Positions 40,633-51,603 of a DNA stretch of 64,000 nt are shown here, piece by piece (within the stretch, counting starts at the first letter, position 1; each line of letters opens with the position of its first letter). The notes under the pieces were generated by a model. It was not told where the DNA came from. It did not search any database and worked only from the letters and a program-made list of their open reading frames with translations. The translations under genes were made by a program, and so were the position numbers. The DNA is from Escherichia coli (GTDB lineage: Bacteria > Pseudomonadota > Gammaproteobacteria > Enterobacterales > Enterobacteriaceae): the NCBI RefSeq assembly GCF_024700885.2, contig NZ_CP117016.1, one strand, 5' to 3'.

Positions 40633-40855
40633 GTCTACCTTATCTACCTTAGTGGCCCTCATACCAGTAATGGCGCGGCTTTCAGCGGGGTAGAGTGCTT
40701 TTATCCACTATCTACCCCGTGTCTACCTCCCTGTCTGATTCAGGTAAAATCAGGTAGAGAGGGTAGATAGTGGGTAGACAGTAAAAAAAGGTTATCTACC
40801 TAACTTAATGCACTGAATTAAATGTATTTTTCTTTACTCAGGTAGACAGGGTAGA
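40633..40855. repeat. Iteron cluster / candidate island replication origin
   Basis: 11 copies of the hexamer GGTAGA/TCTACC. TCTACC starts at 40634, 40644, 40711, 40722 and 40795. GGTAGA starts at 40689, 40753, 40762, 40773, 40841 and 40850. They flank an AT-rich stretch (40801-40840) directly downstream of the primase stop. Confidence 0.75.
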
Positions 40856-40871
40856 CAGCAATTACAAAAAA

Positions 40872-42626
40872 TTATAAAAACGCGTCGCACTCGTCTGTTG
40901 TTATTGCGTTAGTCTGCGTTACTCCCTTAACTTTCCGCGTAATATATTCATGTCCGTAAACTTTCGCGGCTGGCTTCATAGCCTTGCCAAAGTCATTTAC
41001 GTTTAGCGGTTTGCTCCTGCCTGCGTACGCCATAAACGCCAGATAGACGCGGTAAAGGCTGTTTCTGGTCGTGTACTTCACTGAATCGCCACCGCCGCCC
41101 ATCATCAGGCCGCGTGCTTCCTCCAGAAAATTCAGGAACTGGCAAAACTCAATAACCGGATCCGTCTGTTGCTTTATTGCCAGAGCTTCATCACCGTCAC
41201 GCTGTTCCAGTAGTAAAGCCCGTGCCTTCTCAGGGTCGGTAAAGTTCGCCAGCAATCGGCGGATAATGACAGGGATTTCAGCCGCGATCTTTTCCGGTAG
41301 CTCCCTGTCTTTTTCGGCCTCACTGACGATATTGTCGAAACGGAAAATCACGCGACGACGTGCCACACCTCCGGCCCGTTCGGTGAATATCATCGGGTTA
41401 TTGTTGGTCGCCAGCACCACCGCCCTGATTACCGCCGTGAAACGCTTTTCGTATTTCGGGTTAATTTCCACGGGGTCACCGCCCGTGATTTTCTTGATGC
41501 CCGTTCCTTCGCCTGTATATTTCGGCTGGTCAGCCAGGACGATAAGACGACTCCCGACAACCTGCGCACGTCCACCAGCATCATCAAGCGATGTCATTTC
41601 AGCGCTTACCGTGTTCTGTTTCCCTGCCAGAAGGCTGGCTATGTGTGTGAATGTACTTTTACCGCTCCCGCCGTCTCCGGTGGCCTCAATAAACATCTGC
41701 CAGTCGTACCGGTTCGCCATAATCATGTACAGCGCGGCACATATACGCATCATCTTGCGCGGGTCTTTTCCGGCTGCGTGCTCAAGCCATTTATGAAAGT
41801 TTGGCGCGTTATCGCGGATGTTCTCCCCTGGTGCTGGTGGCGTGTACTCAATGCCGTTGTGCGTGGTGATCCAGTTCTCCGGCGTGTGCGGGGAAAATTC
41901 CCCCGTTTTCAGGTCAAGCGCACCATTGGCGAACGGCAACAAATCGCCGGACGGCTCGCCCATTGGTTCGGCAATAACTTTTAACGCTTCCACGGCGTTA
42001 TTGATTACGCGCTTGCTGAAAGTGGCCCTGTGCTCTGAATAGATCGCCACCATTTCGCGGCTAAGTTCCATTGTGCTGACCGGACACCATACCCCGCCGC
42101 GCCATACGTGAACGATTTCACTTTCAGGATGTACGCAAACGCCATCAAAGCGATCGGCAAGCAGTTGCGCGCGCTCACTGTCCGCCATCTGCGAAAGTTG
42201 CGCCTTTTGCTTTACCGGAAGCTCAATGACCAGACCATCAGAAAGATTCTGGCGCTCACGGGCCAGATATTCGCGCCAGTTCTCCACCTTCTGACCGTGC
42301 ATACCATCAGGGTAAAAATTTGCATCCTGTACGCCTGCCGCCGCCAGCTTCTGACCAATCGCCTTTATCATTACTGGCGCAAGATATCCGGCCCTGAATA
42401 TGCGCACGGATTTTCTGCCTTCCGGCACAATTTGCAGCTTATCCAGTTCGGATAACTGCTGCTCCCCAAGCCACACAGGAGGCTCATTATCTCCGGCCAT
42501 ACGCGCGTCATGTTCCTGCCATTGTTTTGCGTGTGACCAGGCATCACTACCCGCAAAAATAATGACTTCTGTTTCTTTGTGTTTTATGCCGCGTGACTGC
42601 TGTTTTACGTTCGGTGCCAGTTTCAT
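40872..42626 (-). CDS. P4-family primase/helicase (pri-rep)
   Basis: 584 aa with Walker A GDGGSGKST and Walker B LIVLADQP. The C-terminal architecture is D5/P4-alpha-like. Confidence 0.82.
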   Translation of the reverse strand: MKLAPNVKQQSRGIKHKETEVIIFAGSDAWSHAKQWQEHDARMAGDNEPPVWLGEQQLSELDKLQIVPEGRKSVRIFRAGYLAPVMIKAIGQKLAAAGVQDANFYPDGMHGQKVENWREYLARERQNLSDGLVIELPVKQKAQLSQMADSERAQLLADRFDGVCVHPESEIVHVWRGGVWCPVSTMELSREMVAIYSEHRATFSKRVINNAVEALKVIAEPMGEPSGDLLPFANGALDLKTGEFSPHTPENWITTHNGIEYTPPAPGENIRDNAPNFHKWLEHAAGKDPRKMMRICAALYMIMANRYDWQMFIEATGDGGSGKSTFTHIASLLAGKQNTVSAEMTSLDDAGGRAQVVGSRLIVLADQPKYTGEGTGIKKITGGDPVEINPKYEKRFTAVIRAVVLATNNNPMIFTERAGGVARRRVIFRFDNIVSEAEKDRELPEKIAAEIPVIIRRLLANFTDPEKARALLLEQRDGDEALAIKQQTDPVIEFCQFLNFLEEARGLMMGGGGDSVKYTTRNSLYRVYLAFMAYAGRSKPLNVNDFGKAMKPAAKVYGHEYITRKVKGVTQTNAITTDECDAFL

Positions 42627-42922
42627 TTTTTACCCCTGAATCCGTTAATCATGGTTTTCAGCTTCTGGATGTTTGCCCGTGCCCTGGCGTTGCTGGTGGA
42701 CACGTTATGCGGCGCGGTCTGTACCAGAGAAAAATCACGCCGGAACTGATAAACAGGCATCACGCAATCATATTCGTAACCTTCACGGCGGTAGGTTACG
42801 CGCCGTTCTTCCACGCCCTTAATCATTACCGTGCCGCCGTACTGGTCGCGGTAAATATCGCCGCGCGTAAATTTAGGGTGAGTGTTGCCACTGGCAGTTA
42901 AGCCAGAATATTTAAGTTTCAT
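42623..42922 (-). CDS. Hypothetical protein (99 aa)
   Basis: SD ggaga. ATGA overlap with the primase start. Confidence 0.55.
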   Translation of the reverse strand: MKLKYSGLTASGNTHPKFTRGDIYRDQYGGTVMIKGVEERRVTYRREGYEYDCVMPVYQFRRDFSLVQTAPHNVSTSNARARANIQKLKTMINGFRGKK

Positions 42923-42927
42923 TATTT

Positions 42928-43161
42928 TTATTCTCCGGTGTGCTGTTCTTTATATCTGTCGTGCAATAGATCTATTTCTTGCAGTTCCATTATTACAGGC
43001 TCAAGAAGCGTTATTAATGCCGTGGCAATTCTTGATTTTTGTTTGTCGCGTTCATTGTCGCCAAGTGTTTCAAGCCATATGCGCAATATTTCCAGCATGT
43101 TTTCACTGTGAGAAAGTGCAAGAAATGCGCGGTCTATTGTTTCGTGGTAAATATCACGCAT
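42928..43161 (-). CDS. Hypothetical protein (77 aa)
   Basis: ATG with SD gagga. Part of the packed operon. Confidence 0.5.
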   Translation of the reverse strand: MRDIYHETIDRAFLALSHSENMLEILRIWLETLGDNERDKQKSRIATALITLLEPVIMELQEIDLLHDRYKEQHTGE

Positions 43162-43387
43162 GGCTTACATCCTCAGGAAATTTTCTTCTATAACGCGCCT
43201 CTGCCACATATTCCGCATAATCGGCGGCGATATTCAGTACATCAAGCCCCGTTGATTTATATTCTCTCGTGGAAAGTAAGAAAAAAGCCGCTCTAATAAG
43301 TTCTGGCATTGACGAAAGCGCATCAGCCGCATCATCAGGAACGCCGGAAAATTCCTGTTTCAGGGAATTAAAACGATCATCACGCAT
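43154..43387 (-). CDS. Hypothetical protein (77 aa)
   Basis: ATG with SD gggggg. It has 8-nt overlaps with both neighbouring genes. Confidence 0.5.
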   Translation of the reverse strand: MRDDRFNSLKQEFSGVPDDAADALSSMPELIRAAFFLLSTREYKSTGLDVLNIAADYAEYVAEARYRRKFPEDVSHA

Positions 43388-43745
43388 GTTTACCCCCCTG
43401 AATGACCTGATAACCGCAACTGGTCAGCAACTCGATAAATTCCGGCAGTGTGCCGAAACAGCAATCATCACGCAGCCGTTCACAGGATACCTCGACGCCG
43501 TTTTCGTAGTGACTCACCATACATCCGGTAAAATGCAGATCATCATCGTGATGGCTCGTTGACGGCTTAATCAGTCGCGCACGTTCCGCCAGTTCCAGCA
43601 ATGCTTCAACGCTTCCGGCAATTGCACCATCCGGCAGGTGATAATTACGCACTATGCGCCCGTTCTCCACATTGACCAGCAACTGCCCGGTAAATTTCTC
43701 ATCAAACTGAATGCTGTTAAGGTCAGAAATTGACAGATTATGCAT
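43380..43745 (-). CDS. Hypothetical protein (121 aa)
   Basis: The start was moved to MHNLSISDL (ATG 43745), preceded by a strong SD aggagg. Confidence 0.55.
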   Translation of the reverse strand: MHNLSISDLNSIQFDEKFTGQLLVNVENGRIVRNYHLPDGAIAGSVEALLELAERARLIKPSTSHHDDDLHFTGCMVSHYENGVEVSCERLRDDCCFGTLPEFIELLTSCGYQVIQGGKHA

Positions 43746-43962
43746 GGTGCACCTCCTGCACATCAGCCATGATAATTTTTCCGGCCTTATCCAGTGCCTG
43801 ATCGGCTTTTAGCTGCACAAATGCTAAATAATGGAAGATGCATTCTGATTCTCTGGCTGCGTGTTTATGCGCCCTGTCAGCAATAACAGAAATATCAATA
43901 AGCGCGTGCATCAGCGTAGTGAGCGCGGCGGCGGCTGCGTCCGGTGTGGTTTTATTGCACAT
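43738..43962 (-). CDS. Hypothetical protein (74 aa)
   Basis: The start was moved to MCNKTTPD (ATG 43962), preceded by SD ggagggg. Confidence 0.5.
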   Translation of the reverse strand: MCNKTTPDAAAAALTTLMHALIDISVIADRAHKHAARESECIFHYLAFVQLKADQALDKAGKIIMADVQEVHHA

Positions 43963-44182
43963 GTACCCCTCCGCATTTTTTTTCGTTAGAAATAAGCGTT
44001 CTTCTTTCCTGTTCATCGCTCAGGAATACGCAGACCTCACCGCTAAGGCGTTTAAGTAAGCCGATGATTGCCCCTGATTCGCTGTCGGTCATCATGCCAG
44101 GGTAATCCTCTGCCAGTGCGCAAATAACTTCGATTTGGTGGGCGCGTTCTGCTGCCTGTTGTAGTGTGATTTCCTGGCTCAT
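43952..44182 (-). CDS. Hypothetical protein (76 aa)
   Basis: ATGA overlap with the icd-like stop. Confidence 0.5.
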   Translation of the reverse strand: MSQEITLQQAAERAHQIEVICALAEDYPGMMTDSESGAIIGLLKRLSGEVCVFLSDEQERRTLISNEKKCGGVHVQ

Positions 44183-44379
44183 AAGCCTACCCCCTGACGA
44201 ATACGGGCAGCAAATACCATCACGCAGCCAGCCGGAGATTGCTGGCGTGCTTCCTGTTCGCTGGTGGCCTCAATGGTAATCACGCGCGGTTGTGCCGTGC
44301 TCAGGGCGATAAAACGCCAGATGTATTTATTCAGGTTGTGCGAGTCCCGCCCTTGCGGGTGTGTGGTATGATTTCTCAT
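44179..44379 (-). CDS. Icd-like host cell-division inhibitor (66 aa)
   Basis: This is the C-terminal 66 codons of the 340-aa track ORF. ATG at 44379 with SD gaggt. YIWRFIAL...ATSEQEARQ...VFAARIR resembles Icd-like proteins of P4-type elements, from memory. Confidence 0.55.
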   Translation of the reverse strand: MRNHTTHPQGRDSHNLNKYIWRFIALSTAQPRVITIEATSEQEARQQSPAGCVMVFAARIRQGVGL

Positions 44380-44475
44380 AGCTACCTCGATACTTTCGCT
44401 ATCGTTGGTGGTTAGAAGCCCGGTTAGTGTTAGCGCACTGCCGGGTTTCGTCGTTTCTGCACCTTGCGCCAACAA

Positions 44476-44529
44476 GGTGTTGAACACCAATTTAAACCCA
44501 GGTGTTAAACACGTCAAGTGTTGAACACT
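44476..44529. promoter_or_regulatory. Three operator-like 13-bp dyads (GTGTT-N-AACAC) in a divergent promoter region
   Basis: GGTGTTGAACACC 44476-88, GGTGTTAAACACG 44501-13, AGTGTTGAACACT 44517-29. A putative rightward promoter, TTGAAC(44521)-17 nt-CATACT(44544), overlaps the third dyad. Confidence 0.65.
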
Positions 44530-44578
44530 TATTTTTTTTCCTGCATACTGCATTTGTTTTTTATGAGGGGTACACCAC

Positions 44579-44758
44579 ATGGCGACAAAAGCGGTAAACG
44601 CAAAATCACAAACCGTTGCGGCAAGGGTTCCGCATGAAGTTATGAACAATGTTGAGGCGGTAAAAATGCCTGGCGAAAGTACGGGGCAATTTGTTACTGC
44701 GGCATTAAAACGAGAAGTTGAATATCGCCAGCGGCGCAAGGCCAAAGAACCAGAGTAA
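44579..44758 (+). CDS. Ribbon-helix-helix (Arc/CopG-like) DNA-binding protein, 59 aa, candidate island repressor
   Basis: Hand-translated as MATKAVNAKSQTVAARVPHEVMNNVEAVKMPGESTGQFVTAALKREVEYRQRRKAKEPE*. SD gagggg. It has a beta-strand-helix-helix pattern. It is below the ORF-track cutoff and is one of only two plus-strand genes in the island. Confidence 0.5.
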   Translation: MATKAVNAKSQTVAARVPHEVMNNVEAVKMPGESTGQFVTAALKREVEYRQRRKAKEPE

Positions 44759-44800
44759 TCACCATCAGCGCCGTGGTGTAAGGTATTACGGCGCATTGCT

Positions 44801-44989
44801 ATGCAGGACAACACAATGACCGATAAAGAATTGACCAAAACATTATCACCGGCACGGAAAAGACGGCGCAGAAAGATAGAGCATGAATCAGAAAGATTCG
44901 CGCCATGTGCTTTTGCCCTTGAGCAATTCCTTAAAGAGTACAGGGAAAAGCGCTCATTGCAGGTATGGCAACGAACTGAACCAGACTGA
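44801..44989 (+). CDS. Hypothetical basic protein (57-62 aa)
   Basis: Downstream of the RHH gene and before the plus-strand terminator. Contains an ARKRRRRK stretch. The start may be 44816. Confidence 0.4.
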   Translation: MQDNTMTDKELTKTLSPARKRRRRKIEHESERFAPCAFALEQFLKEYREKRSLQVWQRTEPD

Positions 44990-45084
44990 TTGCATTGCCC
45001 ACCAGCCTGATAACGGCTATCATCCCCGTGCTTATGTTTGGGATCACACACACAAACGGCGCAGCGGGTTATCTGTTCAGAAAG

Positions 45085-45112
45085 GCGGCTCCATTTCGGG
45101 GCCGCTTTTTTT
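45085..45112 (+). terminator. Rho-independent terminator of the rightward RHH unit
   Basis: Stem gcggctcc/ggggccgc (8 bp, one G-U pair) followed by 7 T. Confidence 0.7.
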
Positions 45113-45258
45113 ATACCTGAAAAACCCCAATTTTGTTGTTTTTCAGTTTCACCAGGGCGAACGAATCCCCGCCCACGTTCTGGCGTATATTCAATCTTCA
45201 TGGTTATAGCTCTGTGTTCAGATGATTGATGTGTGGCGGCTGCGTGCCGCCAGCGTGA

Positions 45259-45447
45259 TTAATGAACTGCCTTGCAGCTATCCTTCCAGGCCAGAACCTC
45301 GGATAAAGACCAGCCAACGGAACGACCGCCAAGTTTACGACGTGATGGGAATTGTCCGGCCTTTTCCAGGCGGTAGCGACACGTACGGCTAAGGCCGGTT
45401 AGTTTTTCGCATTCTTTTTCACGTATAAACCGATCAGTGCTTAACAC
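45259..45447 (-). CDS. alpA: AlpA-family regulator / excisionase-type HTH
   Basis: FIREKECEKLTGLSRTCRYRLEKAGQFPSRRKLGGRSVGWSLSEVLAW is the typical AlpA/Phage_AlpA motif. The favoured start is the GTG at 45447, 5 nt after SD aagggggg. The track ORF extends to a TTG at 45528. Confidence 0.8.
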   Translation of the reverse strand: MLSTDRFIREKECEKLTGLSRTCRYRLEKAGQFPSRRKLGGRSVGWSLSEVLAWKDSCKAVH

Positions 45448-45720
45448 TATTGCCCCCCTTTCGTTTCTTAAAGAGTCATCAGGTGTCTTATTGTGTCGTA
45501 TTGTTCCCGCTAGAGTGATGAATGGCAAATACTGAGGATGTATGATTTACAGAAAATGAAACAGTAAGAATAAAATTTTTTAAATTCATGTTAATACAAA
45601 GGCATAAAATATTGTTCCATGCCTTTTTTCTCGCTCTTTAAAGAGTGATTCGCTAGTGTACAAAAAACCAGTAACGCATTAAAAATCAGCTACTTATAAA
45701 TCCGTACGCTTTTTCGCCTC

Positions 45721-45765
45721 TTGTTCGTAGTTGTTCCACATTGTTGCTCATTGTTGCACGTTGTA
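45721..45765 (-). repeat. Five TTGTT/TTGTA units at exact 10-bp spacing (inverse orientation of the GAACAA arrays), int-alpA intergenic
   Basis: Units start at 45721, 45731, 45741, 45751 and 45761. Confidence 0.8.
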
Positions 45766-45812
45766 TCTGTTCGCATATCCAGTATGCGCATACTGAAAAA
45801 ACACGAAAAAAA

Positions 45813-47042
45813 TTATTTTCTTCTGGCTACGGGTAGCGTGGTTACGTTTTCATGTGTTCCCGCCAGTATCCCTAACCGCTCCGTCCACATATCCAGCGCA
45901 TTGCGTTTCGCATCCAGATAACGGGAATGATTATAAACTCGCTGCATTCCTGGCATCTGGTGGCCTGTAAGCTGCTCCACGACATGCGGATCAACGCCTA
46001 AATCGTTCAGCATGGTTGTAAAGGTGCGCCGGATGTCATGCAGTGACCAGTGAGGGTGATTAAGCCTCCTGTACGCTAATCTTCCATACTGCGATACGCT
46101 GGCCTCCTGTTTCACTTCCCCCAGCAATAAGCCCGTGTGCCTGTTCTGCTCCACCAGCTGCGTGACGAACGGCAGGATCGCTTCCGGTATGGGCCGGAAT
46201 ATTGCGACCTTCGTTTTGCTGTGCTCCTTCGGAACGGTCCATAGCATTTCCGTAAAATCCCACTCCCCGATCTCCGATAACCTCAGTTCTACCGTTCTGG
46301 CTCCGAAGACAATCAGGAGGCGGATTAACGCGACGTAGTAAGGGGAGAATATTTTTTTGTCCAGTGCCTGCAATAATTCGCCAAGTTCTTTGTTACTTAA
46401 GACACGTTCGCTTATATCCGGTTTTTTCCCAACGTCCGCAACGTTCAGATCGTCCAGAACGTTGCTGATTGCATAGCGCCGCCTACGGCAGAACTTAAGC
46501 GCCTGTTTGCACGCCTGTAGCACGAATCCGGCAGTAACAGGCGTTCGCTTTGCCACCTGGTCAAAACAGGCCAGCCAGTGCCGTAGCTCGCATTTATCCA
46601 GCGGCATAGCACCAATCTGCTGTATTACGTGATTATTAAGTCGCCTTTTCAGGGCGATATAATCCACGCGGTTTTCCTTTACGTAATACTCAAGCCAGTA
46701 GGTGAGCGCATCGCCAACCGTTACGGGCTTTAACGCTTCCTGTACGGTGTAATTCATCTCATGACGTGGATTTTTCCCCTCAGCCAGCCATGTGCGACAC
46801 TGTGCGGCTTTTTCCCTGGCTGCTTTCAGGCTCAGATCAGGATAACTTCCCAGCTTAATGCGTTCGGGTCGTGTCTCCCTTCCCGTTCCGGCCCTGTATG
46901 TGAAATACCAGGTCAATTTCCCTGATGTTAAATATTTCACGCTCAGGTTTCCGCCATCACTATAAAACGTGTTTTTCTCCGCTGGCTTACCATGAAGTTT
47001 CCTTAGCAAGGTATCGCTCAGTTTGTTCATTGCTCTGCTCAC
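45813..47042 (-). CDS. int: P4-type tyrosine integrase (DUF4102 arm-binding N-terminus + catalytic core)
   Basis: 409 aa, with either a GTG at 47042 or an ATG at 47030 (MNKLSDTLLRKL). The N-terminus is GKLTWYFTYR...LGSYPDLSLKAAR. Catalytic motifs HDIRRT and Y in VYNHSRY are present. Confidence 0.9.
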   Translation of the reverse strand: MSRAMNKLSDTLLRKLHGKPAEKNTFYSDGGNLSVKYLTSGKLTWYFTYRAGTGRETRPERIKLGSYPDLSLKAAREKAAQCRTWLAEGKNPRHEMNYTVQEALKPVTVGDALTYWLEYYVKENRVDYIALKRRLNNHVIQQIGAMPLDKCELRHWLACFDQVAKRTPVTAGFVLQACKQALKFCRRRRYAISNVLDDLNVADVGKKPDISERVLSNKELGELLQALDKKIFSPYYVALIRLLIVFGARTVELRLSEIGEWDFTEMLWTVPKEHSKTKVAIFRPIPEAILPFVTQLVEQNRHTGLLLGEVKQEASVSQYGRLAYRRLNHPHWSLHDIRRTFTTMLNDLGVDPHVVEQLTGHQMPGMQRVYNHSRYLDAKRNALDMWTERLGILAGTHENVTTLPVARRK

Positions 47043-47067
47043 GTTTTACCCCCTCTTTACGAAAAAG

Positions 47068-47090
47068 TGACTACACCAGTGACTACACCG
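47068..47090 (+). repeat. 23-bp arm repeat TGACTACACCAGTGACTACACCG (right arm)
   Basis: Perfect copy of 32038..32060, in the same orientation. Confidence 0.85.
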
Positions 47091-47108
47091 ATCGTTGCAC
47101 AAAGGGCT

Positions 47109-47132
47109 ACAACGTGAAACAAGCTGGAACAA
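47109..47132 (+). repeat. 10-bp-phased ACAA array, right arm (3 units, a 4th at +12)
   Basis: ACAA at 47109, 47119 and 47129, and another at 47141. Confidence 0.7.
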
Positions 47133-47217
47133 GGAAAATCACAAATCTATTGATAATCAAAAACATAATGCACAGCCTGAAACATTATGAAACAGCAAAA
47201 AACACTAAATGATAAAA

Positions 47218-47226
47218 TGCTGTTAT
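47218..47226. repeat. att core copy (integrase-proximal junction; I call it attR by window position)
   Basis: TGCTGTTAT, identical to 31955..31963. Confidence 0.85.
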
Positions 47227-48124
47227 TCTTAACCCGCTGGTGCAACACATGGTCCGCTGGCGTGTGCCGCGTGTACTGGCAGTGTCGATTTTGATGACCA
47301 TCATCGTGATGGCGATGGTGTTGCTGTTAGCTTATCTGGGTTCCGCACTCAACGAGTTGACGCGGACGTTACCGCAATATCGCAACTCTATTATGACGCC
47401 GCTGCAAGCTCTTGAACCGTTGTTGCAACGCGTAGGGATTGACGTCTCAGTTGACCAACTGGCGCATTACATTGATCCGAACGCGGCGATGACGTTGCTC
47501 ACCAACTTATTGACGCAGTTATCTAATGCCATGTCATCAATCTTTTTATTGCTGCTGACGGTGCTGTTTATGCTGCTCGAAGTGCCACAATTGCCCGGAA
47601 AATTTCAGCAAATGATGGCGCGTCCGGTTGAAGGGATGGCGGCGATTCAGCGTGCGATTGACAGTGTGTCTCATTATCTGGTGCTGAAAACAGCCATCAG
47701 CATCATCACCGGCCTGGTCGCCTGGGCGATGCTCGCCGCACTCGATGTTCGCTTCGCTTTTGTCTGGGGATTGCTGGCCTTTGCGCTTAATTACATCCCG
47801 AATATTGGTTCAGTTCTCGCGGCAATCCCCCCTATTGCTCAGGTACTGGTGTTTAATGGCTTCTACGAAGCGTTGCTGGTGCTGGCGGGATATCTGCTGA
47901 TTAATCTGGTCTTCGGCAATATTCTGGAGCCACGCATCATGGGGCGTGGGCTGGGGCTTTCCACATTGGTGGTATTTTTGTCGTTGATTTTTTGGGGATG
48001 GTTGTTAGGACCGGTGGGTATGCTGCTTTCCGTGCCGTTGACAATTATTGTCAAAATTGCGCTTGAACAAACAGCGGGAGGTCAAAGCATCGCCGTTCTG
48101 TTAAGCGATCTCAATAAAGAGTGA
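47218..48124 (+). pseudogene. tqsA: tqsA 3' fragment (codons ~44-344)
   Basis: The frame continues (A)[21 protein letters not shown]...LSDLNKE*. An in-frame TAA lies at 47213-15 just upstream, so there is no island-provided N-terminus. Confidence 0.9.
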
Positions 48125-48144
48125 CGGCCTCCGCAGAGGCCGTC
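48123..48144. terminator. Shared hairpin between convergent tqsA and pntB
   Basis: Stem gacggcctc/gaggccgtc with a 4-nt loop. Confidence 0.6.
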
Positions 48145-48148
48145 AGGG

Positions 48149-49540
<1,392 letters not shown>

Positions 49541-49547
49541 TTACCCC

Positions 49548-51143
<1,596 letters not shown>

Positions 51144-51603
51144 TCATGTACGAGCTAAATGTTACTCCGTTAAAATAAATTAGTAACAAACGCCCTATAA
51201 CGTACTGAAAATTATGCCTGTGATCTAGCGCCAAAAATCAGTATTTCGGCGTGAACTCGCAAAATATTAACGATTCAGCCGTGATAGTGGGATAAACACC
51301 TTAGAACGGCGGATAAAGACTGATAATTGTCTTCGGCGGTCGGGTAAAACGAGACATCGCCCCGGCACGAATCACTACTTAACATTAAATTAACTTATAC
51401 AATTCAGTTGCTTCAGTAGTAATGATGCTGATACGGCTGTTTTTTAAGCATAGACGGTCATTTGAGCAGGATTAAAATTGGCTTAAGGAATGTGATATGA
51501 AAAATGACGCAGACAGTTACACCGTTTAAATGCAATAATCAGCCACGTTTCTCGTTAATAACAATACCAGTACCTGGTTTGCGCAAGGCGAAGGATTATT
51601 TTT

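Larger units (their letters stand above)
31955..47226 (-). mobile_element. 15.26-kb integrated phage satellite (capsid-forming PICI-like): int-alpA-regulatory-replication-head/packaging modules, no tail or lysis genes
   Basis: It is bounded by the 9-bp direct repeat TGCTGTTAT, and removing the insert restores the tqsA reading frame exactly. The integrase sits at one end and all island genes but two lie on the minus strand. Confidence 0.9.

Noticed and set aside
40633-40855. Possible CRISPR array or miniature repeat element
   Set aside because: The repeats are only 6-8 bp, occur in both orientations with irregular spacing, and sit next to a replication gene. This fits origin iterons and does not fit a CRISPR repeat-spacer structure. 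No cas genes are in the window.
41071-41796. 241-aa plus-strand ORF inside the primase gene
   Set aside because: It is antisense to a well-supported primase/helicase CDS with Walker motifs. Its composition is Ser/Arg/Pro-rich and it has no SD. It is a shadow ORF.
44179-45201. 340-aa minus-strand ORF, the longest unexplained ORF in the island
   Set aside because: Only its last 66 codons (Icd-like, own ATG plus SD gaggt) look real. The upstream 270 codons have Cys/Ser/Arg-rich low-complexity composition. They run antisense through the RHH gene, the 62-aa ORF, the operator region and a plus-strand terminator.
31955-47226. Interpretation as a degraded remnant of a full prophage, or as a P4-like satellite
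   Set aside because: The remnant reading is disfavoured. Both att repeats and the integrase are intact, all modules are complete with coupled start and stop codons, and no pseudogenes or IS scars were seen. The P4-like reading is disfavoured because there are no sid/psu/delta-type capsid-redirection genes and the element encodes its own capsid, portal, protease and terminase. Neither is formally excluded without database comparison.
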